From a virus: 64,000 nucleotides of DNA. Location of the stretch: IMG/VR virus record IMGVR_UViG_3300019889_000007, positions 24,763-88,762 of that record; one strand, given 5' to 3'. Shown here in pieces: positions 47,418-56,448 of the stretch. The notes below the pieces were generated by a model. The model had not been told where the DNA came from and searched no databases. It saw only the letters and a list, made by a program, of their open reading frames with translations. The position numbers and the translations under genes were made by a program. How positions within the stretch are numbered: position 1 is the first letter of the stretch; each line of letters opens with the position of its first letter.

Positions 47418-49040
47418 CTACGCTTGAGTTGAGTAGGTGACCCGCGCGGTCATGCCAGTCGGATCGGATGGGTCGGCGTCGACTTCGGCGGTCATCCCGC
47501 CCGGTGTGCTGGTGCCCCAGGTCGCCAACGCGGTCATCCCGGTCGGGTCGGCGGGGTCTGCGGTGACCGTCAAGGTCAGCTCCCCGGCGCCGCCGCCGAT
47601 GACGGCGTCCGTGGTGGCCATGGCCAGCGGGTTCTGCACCGACCGGACGGTGATCTCGTAGGTGCCGTTGGCCGCGTAGGTGTGGGAAACGGTGCCGCCG
47701 TCAGTGGTCGGCCCGGACGAAGAAGTGCCGTCACCCCAGTCGACAGTGGTCAGGCCGTTGCCGTGGTTGTCGACGGTCAACACGACGTCCATACCGGTGA
47801 CGACTGCGGCGATGATCGGGTTTTCCTGCGTCGGCAGGATGACGGTCTCGGTGTCGTAGTAGACCGGCTGTTCGACGCGGGTGGCCTTGATCTGGTAGAC
47901 CCCGGCGCTGGCGTAGCAGTGCTGCATCTCCAGTGGAGTGGCGCCGTCTGCGGTGGCCAGGCTCGGTGGTGTCCCGTCACCCCAGTCGACGCTGACGCGT
48001 CCATCGGAGTGCGGCGGCATGACGATCGTGGCGTTGACGCACATGTTGTTGGTGGCGTCACCGGCGACGGTCAGCTGCGGGTTGTCGTCGGGCAGCGGAA
48101 TGATGACGTCGCGGCAGACCGAGATGACCGGGGTCTGCTTGTCGGCGACACAGATGGAGTAGGTGCCGTCGACGGTGTAGCAGTGGGTGGCGACCGAGCA
48201 GTCCGGGAACTCCTCGGGTGCCGATCCGTCGCCCCAGTTGACGGTGACCGGGCCGTAACCGTGGTTGTCGATGATGACGCGGACACAGTTGCCGGTGTCG
48301 TTCGACGGATCGCGGTCGATGATGAGGCTGGCCGGTTCTGGGATGGGGCGCGGCAGGTTGACACAGCCACCGGTCACCGCTGGCGGCTGAACGTTGGTGG
48401 TGATGTCCAGAAGCTGCGAGTTGTCGTTCATCGGGTCGCGCAGCACGCTGGGCAAACCATTGACGATGTCTACAAGGTACGGTCCCTTGCGCCATCCGAC
48501 GGGGGCCGTGGTCGTACCGTTGAAAGTGAAAGTGGTCGCGTCGTTGGCGATGATGATTTCGCCCGGCACCGCACCGACCAGGCGCGGCGTCAGCAGGTAC
48601 CGGAATCCGCCCTGCGCGCCAGGCCCGCACTGAACACTGGAAGATCCGGCCGAACCGGTGTTCCCCCAGACCTCAAGGGCGAATCCGGTGTCACAGACCA
48701 GGGACCCGACGACCTGGAAACCCTTGATGTTGCCGAAGTCGTCGTAGTACGGAATCCATGATGGATACATCATCAGGATGATGCAGGGGTCCACGGCGCA
48801 GAACTGAATCGCGACGGTCCAGTTCGTGATCGACGCGCACGGCGCCGGGGCGCTGATGCACTGCTCACCGGCGAAGTTCAGGACACTGATGCCCTCACCT
48901 TCTTCGGTGTTCGGCGTATAGGTGACCTGAATGAGCCCCTTGGTCACCGCCATGGAACCCGGCCCGTAGACGGGCCTTCCCAGTGCGTCGAGCTTGGTGA
49001 AACGCGCAACGCGTCCGCGTACAATGGAGCTTTCAGCCAT
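47418..49040 (-). CDS. Major tail tube protein with PKD-like repeats
   Basis: RGRVARFTKLDALGRP, FCAVDP, GFALEVW; three (D/N)WGDG...H.Y...G.Y repeats. Confidence 0.82.
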   Translation of the reverse strand: MAESSIVRGRVARFTKLDALGRPVYGPGSMAVTKGLIQVTYTPNTEEGEGISVLNFAGEQCISAPAPCASITNWTVAIQFCAVDPCIILMMYPSWIPYYDDFGNIKGFQVVGSLVCDTGFALEVWGNTGSAGSSSVQCGPGAQGGFRYLLTPRLVGAVPGEIIIANDATTFTFNGTTTAPVGWRKGPYLVDIVNGLPSVLRDPMNDNSQLLDITTNVQPPAVTGGCVNLPRPIPEPASLIIDRDPSNDTGNCVRVIIDNHGYGPVTVNWGDGSAPEEFPDCSVATHCYTVDGTYSICVADKQTPVISVCRDVIIPLPDDNPQLTVAGDATNNMCVNATIVMPPHSDGRVSVDWGDGTPPSLATADGATPLEMQHCYASAGVYQIKATRVEQPVYYDTETVILPTQENPIIAAVVTGMDVVLTVDNHGNGLTTVDWGDGTSSSGPTTDGGTVSHTYAANGTYEITVRSVQNPLAMATTDAVIGGGAGELTLTVTADPADPTGMTALATWGTSTPGGMTAEVDADPSDPTGMTARVTYSTQA

Positions 49041-49461
49041 TGCTCTCCCCCTCGTTACGCGCCCGCGTCTTGCGCGCGGCGGTGATCTTCTTCTTGGTCT
49101 TGCGGCGCGACTGCTCGGTATCGATGTCGCGCTCCGGTTCCGGTGCGGCGACGACCTCTACCGGCGGCGGCGGCCGGACAGGCGCGACCACCACTGGTGG
49201 CGGAGGCGGAGGCAGCACCGGTTCAGGCACCGGTTCTGGTTCGGGTACCGGCGGGGGAGGCACCAGCACCAAAGTCGGATCGGATTCATGCAGCGCCAAC
49301 GCCACCGGACGAGGCATCACCACAACCCGGTGCACGTCGGTGCGCGACAGCACCGGCACGAAATTGCCGACCTTCAACGCCTGAGCCTGCGCCGAAGCAC
49401 GCTCCAGCACATCGGGCAGCGACACGGTCGCCGGAACGTAGACACTGGTCAGATCGGTCAT
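49033..49461 (-). CDS. Pro-rich virion-associated protein
   Basis: Coupled between capsid and tail genes. Confidence 0.6.
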   Translation of the reverse strand: MTDLTSVYVPATVSLPDVLERASAQAQALKVGNFVPVLSRTDVHRVVVMPRPVALALHESDPTLVLVPPPPVPEPEPVPEPVLPPPPPPVVVAPVRPPPPVEVVAAPEPERDIDTEQSRRKTKKKITAARKTRARNEGESNG

Positions 49462-50909
49462 GGGGCCACCACCGGAGTCACATGCACCACGCCGGGGATC
49501 GGACAGTCGTCCAGGATCACCACGACCTGCTCGGCCAACGCGAACCGGTTGTTGCGTTCCTTATCGACGGTCTCGACGACTTCGATGCCGGTCCGGATGA
49601 TCGAAATCGACCCGGTCACGAACATCCAGAAGTCGCCGCCTGCGGCAGCCGCATCGGAGCCTTCGCGCGGGTACCCGTGGCCGACGACCACCGGTGTTCC
49701 GCGCCAGGTCCGTAGCCGCTCATCACCGGTGGCGGTGTCGTCGAGCAGTCCGGCGTTGGACAGGTACGCCACACCCCACGCAGAGGTGTGGATGACACCC
49801 ATGCCGTTGTAGACCGAAGCGATGTACTGCTCCAGCTCGGCAAGGGCACGGGTCGGGTCCACGGCGTTCCCGGCGGCAAGGGCCTGGCCGCGCGTGATCA
49901 GCGATTCCCAGTAGTACCGTTCGATGGTTTTGGCGGCTGAAATCTCCAGCGCGTTACGGGCGGCTCGCGAGGCGTTCTTGAACGCCATCGTCTGGCAGAT
50001 GACCTCGGCGTAGATCGTGAACGGATCGGCCGTCAGCGTCTGCCATGGAGCACTGTGGATGTCCTTGACAGGGCATGTCGCCTGCACGAACGTCGCGGTA
50101 CCGGTGTTGTCGTCACCGATGTACAGCCAACCCGACACAAACGACCACGACGCGACATCCCGGATGCCGATCCGATAGATCCCCGGCGCCAAGTTATTAA
50201 CCAGCGTCGACGCCGCCGCGCCCGTGGTCAACACGGCACGGGTCGACCCGATGTAGATCAGCAGTTGCCGCGCATCGGGTGCCGTCGTGGTCGCGGCGGC
50301 CGTGACCGTCGCGCCCCCGCCGGTCGCCGCAGGAGCGGCCGTCAGGACCGTGGAGATGGAGAAGCAGCCCTCGGGGATGCCCTGCTCGGGCACCGCGATG
50401 ACCACCGGAGCCGACGGCGCGGTCAAGATGCCGTCGACGCCCTGCGCCACCCTCACCGTGACCGAGGTCCCGGTCAACAGGTCGGTGATGGTGGCCGTGG
50501 CCACCAACGGCTCAGGAACACCGTCGGCGGCGGTGGCCGCCGCCGCCCCCGTAGAGGCGACGGCGGTAAACGAATCTGTCTGGGTTTCCACCCGCACCTG
50601 CACCTGACGGACAGGCCCGCCATCGACAGTCGGAGTGAAATCCAGGCCGTAGGTGAACGGTTCGGCGGCTCCTTCACGGGTGCCGGTCAACGTGACCGAC
50701 AGGGTCCGCGTGATCGTCACCGCATCGGGAGTCCCAGAACCAGTGCACCACTCTCCCCACACCTTCGCCTCGTGACAGGCGAACGTGTCGTACTCGACGC
50801 CGGTGCGCCAGTACGGAGTCGACTGGGTCTGCTCCTGAGCCACGTCGAGTAGCCCGTACAGCGGCGTGTTCAGCGCTGGCGGGTCTACGCGGGTACGGAT
50901 CAAAGCCAC
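49458..50909 (-). CDS. Capsid pentamer-type protein with an internal insertion
   Basis: YGLLDVA...W..GV, PFTIYA...C, ALAELEQ, RLRTWRGTPVVVGHGY, NNRFALAEQ; follows MCP. Confidence 0.72.
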   Translation of the reverse strand: MALIRTRVDPPALNTPLYGLLDVAQEQTQSTPYWRTGVEYDTFACHEAKVWGEWCTGSGTPDAVTITRTLSVTLTGTREGAAEPFTYGLDFTPTVDGGPVRQVQVRVETQTDSFTAVASTGAAAATAADGVPEPLVATATITDLLTGTSVTVRVAQGVDGILTAPSAPVVIAVPEQGIPEGCFSISTVLTAAPAATGGGATVTAAATTTAPDARQLLIYIGSTRAVLTTGAAASTLVNNLAPGIYRIGIRDVASWSFVSGWLYIGDDNTGTATFVQATCPVKDIHSAPWQTLTADPFTIYAEVICQTMAFKNASRAARNALEISAAKTIERYYWESLITRGQALAAGNAVDPTRALAELEQYIASVYNGMGVIHTSAWGVAYLSNAGLLDDTATGDERLRTWRGTPVVVGHGYPREGSDAAAAGGDFWMFVTGSISIIRTGIEVVETVDKERNNRFALAEQVVVILDDCPIPGVVHVTPVVAP

Positions 50910-50919
50910 GGTGAGGTCC

Positions 50920-52866
50920 TTACGGAGTAACCGGGGCGCACTGGGTGCGCTGGTCGGTTCCGGACAGACCGTTCGGGCAGAGGTTCAGTGTCAGGAGCAT
51001 CGACCGGCCACAGCGTGTGCAGACAGCGAAACCCTCCTCTGTGAACAGTCGAGTGTAGACGTTTCGCTCCAGGCCGACGGAGTCGTAGACCCCGGCCAGC
51101 GTGATGACGTCCTGCTGGAGACCGAAGAACGTGCCCGGCTCGTACAACAGGATCTGCACCTGAGTCGGCCACTGCGACGGCACCGATCCGCCGAAGGACG
51201 TGTCGTCCTGGTCGGCCATCGCGTCCTGCCAGTCGTAAACGTACTGAATGGACACTCCGCGATCCCTGAACCAACGGTCGAGCGCGGCATCAGCACCCGC
51301 ACCCCACCGATCGTCGATCCCGAGCTTCTTGGAGATATCGGCCCGCAGGATGCCTCGCAGCCAGTACGGCGCGATGGCCTCCAGAGTCGCCGAACGAGAC
51401 AGACGACCGGAGTACCGGAAAAACTCCACCTGGAGTTCCAGCACGGACAGGACAGTCTCGAAAGCACCGGGACCATGTGGGTCGAAAATCGACGCTTCCT
51501 GCGGGAACGCCGGTGCCGGAACGGTCAGCGAATAGGTCGCCAGCGCCGCCATCCGACGGATGCGTTCAGCATTCATCTTGTGGGCGTGGGCGAGCATCGC
51601 CAGCTCGACGAACTCTTCGACCTTTTCAGGCCAACCACGCTCAGTGAGGATGGGCTGACGCAAACAGATGCCCGAGATGTCCATGCGACATTCGTCGAGG
51701 TCAGCAGGGCACGGCACGTCATAGCACGGCTTCAAGACACCGGCGATGGCATCCACTTCGGTCTGAATGAAACCGACGTTCTGCCAGATCGCCGCGAAGT
51801 CAGGCTTACCGGAGTACTTGATGCCGCCCCGGCTGGCCGTGATCGTCGGAAGGTCGACCATGCCGTCATTACTGACAGTAATTGGGCATGTGTCGTAGAG
51901 GAATTCTGATGGCGCACACCAGCCTCCAGCTGCGATAAGACCCTTATCGCCCCCCGGCAGATTCCGGACATTGGTGACGGCGTCGACCTTGACGTGGTCA
52001 CCGTCACCCGAATAGAACAGGTGGTCCGGTGCTTCACGTCGGATCGATGCCAGCTGCTGCTGGATACCAGGCGCCTGCGAACGCGACACCATGGTCATAC
52101 CGGCCAGGACCGCTTCGGACACCTGCTTCATGTCGGAAAGCTCTTGGCCAGCCCGGTAACCCGGAAGGTCACCCGATGCCACGATGGAGTACTTGATCCG
52201 GCGCGGATCGGAAGAGGATTCGGCGGTGGGTGCGGGCACGACGTTGGCCAGCGGCACTGTCTCGCGGCGGCCGTCAGCGGTCACCGGCGAGTTGGCCGCA
52301 GCAGGTACAGGCTCCAACTCAACATCAACTTTCTGCTCGGCGACCACAGCAGGTGCCACGGGCGCGGTATCGGTGGCGGCAGGAGCGGGCGCCGTATCGA
52401 CGGCCGGTTCCTGTGCTTGCGGCGCGGCCTCGGTGACGGCCTGTGCCGTCTGAGGTGCGGGCGTTTGTACGGCGGCCGAGGCGTCGGCCAGTTTTTGAGT
52501 GGCGGCCTTGGCGCGCTCGGTGCGTGCGGGTACCTCTTCGACGACCGCCGAGGAGGCGGCTACCGGCTCGGCTGCGGCTTCTGCGATGTCCATCTCGACG
52601 GCGTCTTCGGCATCGCCGCTGTCTTGCTCGTCGATTCGCTCGGACACGATGGCGATCAGCTGGGCGACGATCTCGGCTTCAGCGATCTGCTCGTCGGTCA
52701 TGTCCTCCGGCGCGATCGTGGTCAGATCGGCAGCGCGATTGGACAGTTCTTCTTGGATGGCGGCCAGGTCTACATCAGGACCGGACAGCAGCTCATCGAT
52801 CTTGGTGGCCAGCTGCTCTGGATCACTGATCTCAGCCAGAGCGGCGAGGATGTCTGCCAGAGTCAT
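50920..52866 (-). CDS. Major capsid (hexamer) protein with N-terminal scaffold-like region
   Basis: LIAAGGWCAPSEFLYD, RGGIKY, QYVYDWQ, LFTEEG motifs of Rosebush-type MCPs. Confidence 0.9.
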   Translation of the reverse strand: MTLADILAALAEISDPEQLATKIDELLSGPDVDLAAIQEELSNRAADLTTIAPEDMTDEQIAEAEIVAQLIAIVSERIDEQDSGDAEDAVEMDIAEAAAEPVAASSAVVEEVPARTERAKAATQKLADASAAVQTPAPQTAQAVTEAAPQAQEPAVDTAPAPAATDTAPVAPAVVAEQKVDVELEPVPAAANSPVTADGRRETVPLANVVPAPTAESSSDPRRIKYSIVASGDLPGYRAGQELSDMKQVSEAVLAGMTMVSRSQAPGIQQQLASIRREAPDHLFYSGDGDHVKVDAVTNVRNLPGGDKGLIAAGGWCAPSEFLYDTCPITVSNDGMVDLPTITASRGGIKYSGKPDFAAIWQNVGFIQTEVDAIAGVLKPCYDVPCPADLDECRMDISGICLRQPILTERGWPEKVEEFVELAMLAHAHKMNAERIRRMAALATYSLTVPAPAFPQEASIFDPHGPGAFETVLSVLELQVEFFRYSGRLSRSATLEAIAPYWLRGILRADISKKLGIDDRWGAGADAALDRWFRDRGVSIQYVYDWQDAMADQDDTSFGGSVPSQWPTQVQILLYEPGTFFGLQQDVITLAGVYDSVGLERNVYTRLFTEEGFAVCTRCGRSMLLTLNLCPNGLSGTDQRTQCAPVTP

Positions 52867-53067
52867 GTGGCTTCCCCCGTAAGTGACTTGCGTCTGTGAG
52901 TGGGCACGGTGTGTCGACCCCGCACTCGGCCCTCTAGCCAGACAGTCACGGTGCGAGGAATGCAGTCACCCACGGCACCACATAACTCGCAAATCGGACA
53001 TTACCACATGAAGTGCGCACTTCAGACAAATGAACAGACAAATCGGGATAAATCAGCCGGGAACAAC

Positions 53068-53095
53068 GCCACAAGTTCACATGTATACTTGTGGC
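53068..53095. promoter_or_regulatory. Palindromic operator overlapping the TATACT -10 box
   Basis: GCCACAAGT-TC-ACATGT-AT-ACTTGTGGC, immediately before ATG 53096. Confidence 0.75.
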
Positions 53096-53608
53096 ATGTC
53101 CAAGAATGTTCGCCTAGACGAATCCATCTACGACCGAGTCATGACCATTCAGCGACCCGGCGAGTCCATATCCGACACCCTCGAACGAATCCTGAACGAC
53201 TACCGACCATTCGGAGAAAACATGACCACCAAACTGCGCCAGGGCGACGTTCTGAAGTTCTGCCCCACCGCCGTGGATGAGACAACCCCCGACACCGCAT
53301 ACGACCAACTCGGTGTCCTGATCTCCAACGAGATGCTGCACAGCATCGGCACCTTCATCGTGTGCCAACTGACGCGATCAGAAACCAAATACAACGAGCT
53401 CTACGAAGATCTGGATTCCAGCCAGCAGAAGTACAGCCACGGCGTCATCCGCTATATCGCCAACATCGACGACGTCGATTACGACGCAGTCGCCTACCTA
53501 GTGCATTCCATTGTCGACGACCAAATCGAGTCGGACATCGGATTCCAAATCGATGCCCAAGACATCGACACCCTCGGTAATGCCCTGACCATGGCTATCG
53601 GCAAGTAA
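53096..53608 (+). CDS. Fusion of VapB/RHH-like antitoxin domain and PemK/MazF-like domain
   Basis: MSKNVRLDESIYDRV...GESISDTLERIL plus LRQGDV...GVLISNE...IVCQLT. Confidence 0.65.
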   Translation: MSKNVRLDESIYDRVMTIQRPGESISDTLERILNDYRPFGENMTTKLRQGDVLKFCPTAVDETTPDTAYDQLGVLISNEMLHSIGTFIVCQLTRSETKYNELYEDLDSSQQKYSHGVIRYIANIDDVDYDAVAYLVHSIVDDQIESDIGFQIDAQDIDTLGNALTMAIGK

Positions 53609-53817
53609 CAGACAGACCGGGCCACCATCGTCTACAACCAGGCGAGTGGCCGCCACAAACTGCCAGGCTCCTCTGGCGTACAAAAAGTTCGAGCCGCGTC
53701 TACCGAAGACGCGAAACGAACATCGGGCCGCCCGGCTTTCGTAGGGTCAGCGGGGCGGCCCGTTCACGTCTGGAATGGCATCCTTGAAACTCATCCACCT
53801 CAAGGAGAAACGTCGGC

Positions 53818-53958
53818 ATGAAAACTGCGACCACCGATGACGGGAACTCGCATCTGTCGTGGGTCAGGACCATCCCGATGTTCCTGGCACTGGCCCTGGC
53901 CAGTCTCCAGATTGTCAGTTTCGTACTGGCCTGCTTGTTCACGTTGGTGCGGCACTGA
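53818..53958 (+). CDS. 46-aa hydrophobic peptide (not in ORF track)
   Basis: AAGGAG SD; MKTATTDD...WVRTIPMFLALALA; paralogue of the next gene. Confidence 0.65.
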   Translation: MKTATTDDGNSHLSWVRTIPMFLALALASLQIVSFVLACLFTLVRH

Positions 53959-54006
53959 CATCGATACCCCTGCGATATCCATCTACCTGAAGGAGAAACA
54001 ACGACC

Positions 54007-54228
54007 ATGAAAACCACGACAACCGACAACAAGGATCTGTGCCCGCCGTGGGTCAGGACCGTCCAAGTGGTGTTGTCACTGGCCCTAGGCGGTGTCCAGT
54101 CGGCAAACTTCTTGAACAGCGATGGCTACGATCAAGAGCTTGGCATGTTCGTCTGCCTCAACGCCGCCCTGGTACTGGCGGCACCCGCCGTCATCAACTT
54201 CCTGAAGGTCCTACGGCGTACCGACTAA
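54007..54228 (+). CDS. Small membrane protein
   Basis: AAGGAG SD; MKTTTTDN...WVRTVQVVLSLALG. Confidence 0.65.
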   Translation: MKTTTTDNKDLCPPWVRTVQVVLSLALGGVQSANFLNSDGYDQELGMFVCLNAALVLAAPAVINFLKVLRRTD

Positions 54229-54229
54229 C

Positions 54230-54457
54230 GTGGCCGACTTCGAACCCAAGCCAGCTAGGCGGGTACCGTGCCCGTTCTGGGTCTTGGTCACCGTCGGTGT
54301 CACACAGGTCGTCCTGGCCATCGGCCAGTCGATTCTCTTGCTCACCGAGTTCGGATACAAGTCGAATATCAAGTACGTGATCATCGCGATCATGCTGACA
54401 CTGTGCACGGTCATCCCGTTGACCAGTAAATGGTTGAACAGGAAACCCCGCCGGTAA
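54230..54457 (+). CDS. Small two-TM membrane protein
   Basis: Coupled; two hydrophobic helices, basic tail. Confidence 0.6.
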   Translation: MADFEPKPARRVPCPFWVLVTVGVTQVVLAIGQSILLLTEFGYKSNIKYVIIAIMLTLCTVIPLTSKWLNRKPRR

Positions 54458-54463
54458 CCACAA

Positions 54464-54558
54464 AGACCTGTGTTCCAGCTCCTGTCTGGGGAGCTGGAAC
54501 ACGGTCTAAAATGTTGATGGTGGTCCCACCGGTGTTGCTTAACGGTGGGACCACCATC
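54464..54558. terminator. Twin hairpins between convergent genes
   Basis: GTGTTCCAGCTCC/GGAGCTGGAACAC and GATGGTGGTCCCACCG/CGGTGGGACCACCATC. Confidence 0.7.
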
Positions 54559-54565
54559 TTCGTCT

Positions 54566-54748
54566 CTACGCACGGGAACCGGGCGTCACCAGTTTGATCT
54601 CGCCACCATGCGCGGCCTGATGCCGTTTCGCATCCGCCTCGGTGGAATACGACACGGTGAACCCGTTCGACACCACTTGGTACCGCAACCGGCCACCCGG
54701 CGTCCAGTTACTCCCCACACCTTGACTACTCGCATTACAACCGCACAT
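54566..54748 (-). CDS. Small MCGC-start head-associated protein
   Basis: MCGCNA...YSTEADAK...HGG; follows the maturation protein. Confidence 0.65.
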   Translation of the reverse strand: MCGCNASSQGVGSNWTPGGRLRYQVVSNGFTVSYSTEADAKRHQAAHGGEIKLVTPGSRA

Positions 54749-54762
54749 TCGTCCCCCCTGTT

Positions 54763-56448
54763 TTACGTAGCGCGGGCACGTGCCCGGTTCAAGTTCCATT
54801 CAGTGACCGCGATGCAGCCCCTGGCTCGCGTCTGTGGCTTCACCCGCTGCACACCCGGCCAGTTCAAACCGTCCGGCGCACCCCAGCACCACCGCTTCAC
54901 GACGTTCACCGCCGTGGCGATGGCATGCGATTCGTCGAAGCCTTTGGCTATCAAGTGGTCGGCGATCGACCGGATCGTGCGCGGCAAACCACCGGTCTGC
55001 TCCACCCAGTTACGTCCCCGCGCGTCCAGGAAACGATTGCCCTGCGCGACCAGTCCCGCTCGATCAGATTCGTCATCCATCCGCTTAGCGACAGCAGCGG
55101 TCAGACGCGCATGAACTTTGCGTGCCCGGCCGCGACGGACACAGTCGTGCATGACCGCGCTGGCGACCCTGGCCTTGGCCAACCGGGCAGATGCCAGCTC
55201 GGCCTGGCGTGCTTCGGCCTGGTGCCGCTCGGTGGCTTCAATGAGTCGGGACGCGAACCGTTCGACCTCTTCATCGCTGATGACGACGTTGACGACCGCA
55301 CCCGGCTTCTTGACTTCGGGCAGGACCGCCCCGGCGGCGACCATGGTCAGTTCGCGGCCATCGGCAACCTCTACGGCCGGGACTGGGAAACCCGGCACGT
55401 TGACCGCCAGCGCCGCGACAAGTTCCAGTGGTCCCCTCGGGCGGGTCTGCCGCCAGTCACCGGAGACCCCCGACAGCATCAACCGCAGCCGCTGCTCGTC
55501 GGTGATGTCGGGCAGGAGCGCCCCGGCCAACCAGATCCGGCCACCGTTTTCTTTGTCTTCGCCGACGTTGACGGCGGCCACGATCGCACCGGTGTGGTCG
55601 TAATGCTCCACCGCGGCTTGTGATCCGATGCCCATCCCGGCGTGGCCGGTGTCCATCGTCAGGACACCGACAGCGATCTTGTCGCCGTCGGCGGTGGTGA
55701 TGGTGCGTTGCCGGAACGACCGGTAGAGGCCGTCGGGGTCGCGGGGCGGGTAGATGTCGTTGCCTTCGTACCCGATGTGTCGTTGCCCGAACCTGGCGAG
55801 GTCGCCGTAGACCTGGCCATCGGCGGTGACGGTCAACGGTGCCGGTGCCTGCGCGGAGAACCAGTCGCGTGGTGGCGCCCAGTCGCTTCCATCAGCGGCC
55901 GATGCCCGAATCACCGGGTCATAGATCGGGAGGGTTTCCTTACCCTCGGATGCCAGAACGTCGTCGATGGCGTCGCCGCAGTCGCAGCCACAGTTTCCAC
56001 CGCACCCGGCTTCTTCGGTGTCGCTGTCGGGTTCAGCCGGGTCAGCGGCAGCAGCGGTTTCCGATTCCCACGGCGCCACGATCGTGTCGTCGTCGAACTC
56101 TTGGGCGAACCGGTCGTACAGAGTGGTCAGCGCGGAACGCATTCGTGTCAGGTCGGCCGCCGGGATTCCTTCAGCCGAATCGAGTCGGGATGCCGCAGCG
56201 GTGACGCCGGACCACACGATGTGTTTCTGCCCGCCGAAGATGTTCGCGACGGGAAACTTGTAGGCACCCATGGTGGCGGCGTCGGCGTCGGGGTCTCGCC
56301 ACAGGAATCCTTCCCCCATGCAGGTGGCGTTGAGGTTTTCGCCTCGGCCGCCGCATTCGCGGGCCATGGCCGCCGCTGCGGCATCGCCGTCCCATGTGGT
56401 GTCTCGGTTGTCGTGTAGTGGCAGCGACGTGTCAATCGTTACGGGCAT
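54763..56448 (-). CDS. Capsid maturation protease / prohead protein (cluster-B type)
   Basis: TAATG coupling to portal; TWDGDAA, AYKFPVA, PPRDWF, HYDHTG, SGDWR, ALAVNVPGFP. Confidence 0.8.
   Translation of the reverse strand: MPVTIDTSLPLHDNRDTTWDGDAAAAAMARECGGRGENLNATCMGEGFLWRDPDADAATMGAYKFPVANIFGGQKHIVWSGVTAAASRLDSAEGIPAADLTRMRSALTTLYDRFAQEFDDDTIVAPWESETAAAADPAEPDSDTEEAGCGGNCGCDCGDAIDDVLASEGKETLPIYDPVIRASAADGSDWAPPRDWFSAQAPAPLTVTADGQVYGDLARFGQRHIGYEGNDIYPPRDPDGLYRSFRQRTITTADGDKIAVGVLTMDTGHAGMGIGSQAAVEHYDHTGAIVAAVNVGEDKENGGRIWLAGALLPDITDEQRLRLMLSGVSGDWRQTRPRGPLELVAALAVNVPGFPVPAVEVADGRELTMVAAGAVLPEVKKPGAVVNVVISDEEVERFASRLIEATERHQAEARQAELASARLAKARVASAVMHDCVRRGRARKVHARLTAAVAKRMDDESDRAGLVAQGNRFLDARGRNWVEQTGGLPRTIRSIADHLIAKGFDESHAIATAVNVVKRWCWGAPDGLNWPGVQRVKPQTRARGCIAVTEWNLNRARARAT

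Noticed and set aside
47400-47420. Readthrough fusion of the tail tube to the in-frame Ig/FN3 gene
   Set aside because: The genes are in frame but separated by tandem TAG TAA, and the downstream gene has its own AAGGAG SD
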